This document shows, piece by piece, positions 58,615 through 64,000 of a stretch of 64,000 nt of DNA. The translations under genes were made by a program, and so were the position numbers. Each line of letters opens with the position of its first letter. The first letter of the stretch is position 1. Source of the DNA: Klebsormidium nitens (taxonomy: Eukaryota; Plantae; Klebsormidiophyceae); the NCBI GenBank assembly GCA_000708835.1, contig DF236981.1, positions 265,006-329,005 of the forward strand, in the 5' to 3' direction. Below the pieces are notes generated by a model. The model ran no database searches. It saw only the letters and a program-made list of their open reading frames with translations, and had not been told where the DNA came from.

Positions 58615-61600
58615 TCAAGCTTCGTCGCCCATTTCGGCATCCTCCTGCTCCACCGCCCGCGCATTCGCCGCCGCAAAGTCCCTGTAGTTCTTCTCGTTCA
58701 GCGTCTTGAGCCACGTGGCCATGATCCCGTCGTCCTTTTCCGTCTGTGCAATGTGCTTGTAAACGTACTTCTCCTTGAACTCTGCCACCTGGAAAGCAGA
58801 CGCACACGGAATATTCGCATAGAGTATCAGGCACACACGCATGCGACTCGCCAGACCAGTACCGTTGTGGGCAAGCGCCTAAGAAGCGGGATTGATACAG
58901 ACTTGCATTTACTCCAAAGAAACGGCTTCAAATCGCTGGAAAGATATCTGCTGCTCCGTTCGATAGCCCAGAACGAGAGTACCAATGAAGCTTCCACGTG
59001 ACGATCTGAAAGCTCGTGATCCATCCAAAGGGGAAGACGCCGGGTTGCGTTTCCTCCACGGTTCCTGTCCCACCTTTGAGTTTCAAACTGGCTCTTCGCA
59101 ACCGGATAATCTCGATCCATTTCCACAAACATCACAGGGGCCGAACGGGTGTTACAAACGTGGTAGAGAGTTTTCCTTCATCAATAATGGTCACATCTGC
59201 TCGTCAAACCGAGTACGAGAAGGTGAAGAGTATAGAAGGAAACAATCCAAATCAGAAAAAACGGAGGATTGACGACCAGAAGGTACAAGCGCTGACCTAG
59301 GGACCTAGGAAGGTTCCGAGAGGGAGTGTTCGAGTGGGAAAAGGCGACACGCACAAAGATGCAATCCGGAGAGACATGTACGAAAAAATGGAGGAAGAGG
59401 CTTACGAACAGAACGAACTCTGAAACGAAACGGATCGCAAGAAAAAGGCAGGAAGATGCGCAGGCCCTGCTACTTGAACGGCGTCTACGTGTCCGCCGCA
59501 TGAAGCCAATGCTCCACACTTCTCTGGTAAGAGAAAAGAATCAAGGGGCGGCCACGTACCTGCTGTTTAAAGTCGCGCATGGAGAGCTCCTGGTGGTCGT
59601 ACCCGAAGCGCTTGTTGTACGCCCCAAACATGCACTCGTCCAGAAACAGGCCAAGCTCGGGGGCGACCGGCACCAGGAACTCCGTGTCTCTGCGGTCGCC
59701 ACAAGCGTGGTCAGTAACCTCGATCAACAGGGAAATTTGGAGAACAAATGTCTGGAGACAAGACTTTGGTAGGAAAGATCTGGCACGTGGAAACTACTAC
59801 TCTAATTCAACGGGATTCATGACGCAAGCACCAGAACTTGGAAAAGAGGCATAGCTGTCGGCTGGTAAGAGTTATACTAGAGCGGGCCGCCGTTCCTCCA
59901 ACAAGAGAACTGTCGTCAGCAGTTCCACTCAAGAGTCGTAGTCCCAATCAAACGTTCTTTCAGACCTGCAAGCGATCCCAAAACCAGCTGTGCTTTTTCT
60001 CTCTCACTCGCGGAGCGCGTAGTTGGTGACGTCCTCGGAGATGACGTTGCGCACAACCGCTTTGCTTTGGTTCCTAGAAACACGTAGAACGCGTTTCTCA
60101 ACTTTCCAGTAACAACAAAGGCAACAAAAAGAAGGAAGATGAAAACAGAAGAAAAGCAGGGCTCACTTGCGAAGCGCGTAGTCGATGACGTCCTCCGAGA
60201 TGACGTTGCGCGCGACCGCGAGCACGAGGCCGACCATCTTGCGGATCTGGTGCAGCATGAAGCTCTGCCCCACTACTGTCAGCCGCACGTGCTCTGCGCC
60301 GTCGATCATAAAGGGGGGACCCGCGGTGAACGAGATCATGTAACGCTGCGCCTGCGGGTGCGGGAGTATGAGAATTTTAGAGGACCGGAATGGAGTGATT
60401 GAGCGTGGTTCGGAGGGTTACGGCCTGATGCAGGGTGGACATCTGCTGAGTCTTGCCTTCGATTAGGAAGAGGGGCCCCGCAGTAAATGAGATGATGTAC
60501 CGCTGCGCCTGCGGATGCGGCGAAAAAAGGACGTTTGACCGAGGGTAAAAGAGTGGTTAAAACGTGGTTTACAGGTCTAGAGGCAGAATGTGCGGTGGCA
60601 ATCTACTGATTTATGCAGCCGATTGAAAAGAAGGGGCCCACGCTAGAGGCGATGATGTAACGCTGCGCCTGCAAATGAGGGGATAGGAGGAGAGTAACGA
60701 AGGTTAGGCGGATGATTGAAGCGTGATCGGCGAGGTGAGAAGCCTACTACAGAGGTGGATTTCGGTGCTTGGCGTTCGACCACCAAGGGGGGACCCGCGT
60801 TAGATGAGATGATGTACCGCTGCGCCTGCAATACAGAGAGGGAAGGACATCAACGCAGAGTAAAGGAGAACGACGGAGTGGTTGATGGGGGGTTTGAGGG
60901 CCGGTAGCGGTTTCAAGTCTTATTGATGCCGTCAGTTGAGAATGAAGGACCTGCGCTGAAGGAGATGATATAACGCTGTGCTTGCAGAACCTTGTGAGGA
61001 GGCGGTCAACGGTGAGTAGAGGACTTGTTTGAAAGGCCTAGAGGCCGGATTCGCTGTCGCGATCTCCTGAGTTATGCCGTCCTTGAAAAGGGGGCCCTGC
61101 GCTGAAGGAGATGACGTAACGCTGCATTTGCAGATGCGGGAATAAGGCAAAAATAGAGGTTAGGCGAATGGTTAGAGCGTAGTTAGCGAGGTCAGAAGCC
61201 TATTACGAGAATGTCGGTGCTTTGCGCTCAACCACTAAGGGGGGGCCCACGGTGAAGGCAATGACATGATGCTGCGCCGGCCAATGTGACCAAAGAGAAG
61301 ATTACCGTCTCCAGTCTGACGGCAAATCTGCGGTACTTTCCCCCAATGTCTGCGATTAAAGGAGCTGAAACAACCTCACGAACATGTTGATCAACCGTTG
61401 AGCAAAGCAAATAGTTCCTTTCATCGTTCCACTTAAGCGCACCGACAACGGCTGCATCAATCTAACCATCGCCCAAATCGTGATCTTCAACGTCACCGGT
61501 TTCAGCGGGTCAAATCTAACCCACCTGCCCATCGTTGGCCTTGACCCGTGTTGTGAAGTTGTGGAAGTTGTGCGTCCCAGTATACTTCGCAAGCAACGCG

Positions 61601-63925
61601 TTGAGCCGTTTCTGCACAGCGGGGGTGTATTTGAAGGGCTTCCTCTCTTGGTCTTGGTCCCCCCCATCTGTCGCATCCGTTTTTGGAATCAAGAACCGTT
61701 CTACCCCTGCTAATCCTGCTTCTACTTCGCCGCCAGGTTTTCGATCGCTCTGCTCCGAAACAGCTCCACTTACGGCGAGTCCTTGAGATGCAACCCCCGG
61801 TTTTGTATCCGAACCCTTTTTAAAACCTGGCTCGAACTTGACCCGTTCTGAAGGCGGCTTCTCCTCCGAACCCTCATCAGAACCAGGCTCCGATTTGACC
61901 CTGTCTAGCAATGCTTTTCCTCCGACCACTGCTCCCAAGCCCCCCTCCAAACCATGTTCAAGCTTAACCCGTTTCGCACACGGCTCCCCGGTGCCCCCCT
62001 TGAACTCTCTCTTCTCCAGACCCCCCTCAGAAGTGCCCGGTTCTTCTTCCCCTGGTCTTCCAAAGTCCATGGACTCCCCTTGCATCGTGCCCGCTTTGCT
62101 TTCTCCAAGTTCCGTCTTAACCACCGAAGGTCCAACACTAGTAGCGTCTTCCGATGCAGCCTCTCTTTTGACCTCCCCATTCGCTGCCTCTGTCTTTACA
62201 CCCCCGTTCGCAGCTTCCACTTTGACCCCCCCGTCTGCGGACTCTGGTTTGACCCCCCCGTTTGCGGCCGCCAGCCTGGCATCTTCAATCTCCTTCCTGG
62301 CCGAGCGCAGGTTGTAGTAGTCCCGTTCTCGGTACGCTTCAGGGTCCAGCGCAAAACTCGGAATAACATACTCGTACTTCCTGTTATGAGAGAGGTTTGC
62401 ATTAGACCATCGTTCTTACTTGCCCTTAAACCTCGTGTAAACCGACTGAAACTCCCTTCCTAAAACCTGGGGGCCAGGGCACTCTATAAAAAAGGGTCTG
62501 CCCACTTTGGGCTGGCCCTTGGTGCACCGACCGCACTTGCTCTCCAAATACACACAGCTGTTGAACACTATCAGAAGCTCACAAATCGACTCTGCCATTT
62601 GCTTCCAGAAGCCGCCCTAGTTGTTCAAGTGAATCCTGGGCTCAGAACCCCCGATCTAAAAGGCAAGGAGAGTAACGCTGCATCATAGACAGCACAGCTC
62701 TGACTCCTAACACAGCGCAAACATGCACCACCACCCAAAGATAGAGCCAACCAAACCGTGGCATCTAAGCAAGCTCACCGTGCTGACTGTTTAAAACCTC
62801 AAAGACAGATCGCCCTCCCGACCAGGAACAAGACCCTCTTGAAAGAAAGGTTGAAATGGTTAAAGCCACTCCCACGCACCTTCTATCGCAGTGCGTGCGG
62901 GCGTCGAAGCCCGCCGTGACGCGTCGGAAACCGAAGCACCGAATCTTCTCGGGGAGGGCGGCGTTGATGCGCTCCACCAGACCGGGGGGTTCGAGGATGA
63001 ACTTGCCAGACACAACCTGACCCACGGCGCTCACGCCCTTGTCCGTACGCGCAGACCTCATCCAGTGCACCTGCGAAAATTAGGGTTTTGAGGTGAGAAC
63101 TGGTTTAGGGTCTGACCGGAATGACGCCGTTGACACCAAGGATCGCTTTCTGCCTCTTGGTCGACACACCAGTGGGGGCTTTCATTTTTGGTGCAGCAAA
63201 GGAGAGCGGTGGTGGCATTGGCCATGAAGCCGTTTTGTGCCAACAGAATCGGCATGTGAGCACGCGGCTGAGCATCGCCCCGCAAGACCATGCGACGAAA
63301 GCCCACATTGCAACACGAATCCAGCCTTCCCACAAAATGCGTCTGATCCTTGCTGATTGGACAAAGGGGGGCATCTTGAAAGATGAACCAGGCCTTTCCA
63401 ATCCGCATTTCTGATGTAGAAACATTTTGTGAAAGCACCCACCTTCTTAGGGTCCCCAAAATTGTCCTTGGTGATTGCCCCCGCCTTGTAGAGCGCCAAC
63501 TCCAGCTCCGCCTCAATCGTCTTCGCTCCAGGGTTCCGCTGCATGCCCTGATACCCCGCGCCAATGTAAGCAAAGAAGAGCGCCACTTTGCGCTTCTTGA
63601 ATTTTGATCTTTCCGACTTATCTGCAGACTCAACAACCTCTTTTGGTACTCCGTCTTTTGCTTCTTCGTCCGCTCCATTCTGCCCATCTTCCCTGACCCC
63701 TTCTGCGAATTCACCCGCGCCAGGCGCCCCTTCTACAGCGCCTCCAGGTTCTGAGCAGCCCATTCCAGTTGCGACTATACCACCTTCTCCATCAGTACCA
63801 TTACCAACTCGTTGCTGACTTGCCGCATCCGCTGTAGAGCAGCTCTGGACGTGGATTACCGGCGGAGTCTCTGCATTTCCAGCAATAGGAGATGATTGAT
63901 CTTCCATTGCTGAACAGGAGCCCAT
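58615..63925 (-). CDS. PUS1: tRNA pseudouridine synthase, TruA family, Pus1-like
   Basis: Exons 63925-63443 (KKRKVALFFAYIGAGYQGMQRN), 63070-62880 (SARTDKGVSA, containing the catalytic Asp), 62380-61525 (KYEYVIP...GTHNFHNFT), 60351-60167 (GQSFMLHQIRKMVG), 59689-59560 (APELGLFL), 58788-58615 (stop). Phases are consistent. Confidence 0.93.
60000..61290 (-). repeat. Seven-unit array of acceptor plus start of PUS1 exon 4, and one duplicated exon-4 end plus donor
   Basis: Exon-start anchors at 60351 (real), 60508, 60668, 60825, 60981, 61127 and 61277. The donor copy at 60008 is 159 nt from the real donor at 60167. Confidence 0.92.
62163..62270 (-). repeat. Coding 27-nt tandem repeat (AANGGVKxE-like, four copies) in the PUS1 insertion
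   Basis: The reverse strand translates to AANGGVKPE SADGGVKVE AANGGVKTE AANGEVKRE. Confidence 0.88.
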
Positions 63926-64000
63926 ACCTCGGCGGAGCCCCACCACCCTCAATGGAAATCAAATGACGCGAAGACGCGGATCTACCTACTGTACTGCACT

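Noticed and set aside
60300-61290. Regularly spaced repeat-spacer pattern resembling a CRISPR array (also 15815-16450)
   Set aside because: The context is a eukaryotic intron. The repeats are degenerate copies of the adjacent exon start, the 'spacers' are homologous to each other, and no cas genes are present.

Overview
Eukaryotic, intron-rich nuclear DNA with GT-AG introns. Gene content (4/1, OBAP, HHP, plant-type NT-C2 coiled-coil, cyanobacterial-type PRC-barrel) and style point to a streptophyte green alga such as Klebsormidium (inference). I reconstructed nine spliced or single-exon genes by hand from splice signals and reading-frame phase: (-) a tandem two-domain isochorismatase-family cysteine hydrolase running off the left edge; (+) a PAQR/HHP heptahelical protein; (-) a NudC/NUDT19-like NADH pyrophosphatase fused to a Janus/Ocnus (PHPT1-like) domain; (+) an At-4/1-like coiled-coil protein; (-) a ~3000-aa NT-C2 plus coiled-coil protein; (+) a PRC-barrel protein with a ~690-aa disordered tail; (+) an oil-body-associated protein; (+) an intronless F-box/LRR-like protein; (-) a Pus1-type pseudouridine synthase. 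No rRNA, tRNA, CRISPR array or transposase was recognised. Three observations stand out. First, the Nudix-Janus fusion, whose junction lies inside one exon. Second, the dead-plus-live hydrolase domain tandem, with a triuret-hydrolase-like live domain and intron positions shared between domains. Third, degenerate tandem copies of exon-intron junctions ('splice-site echoes') in introns of five genes, with spacings that often fall at 146-160 nt.
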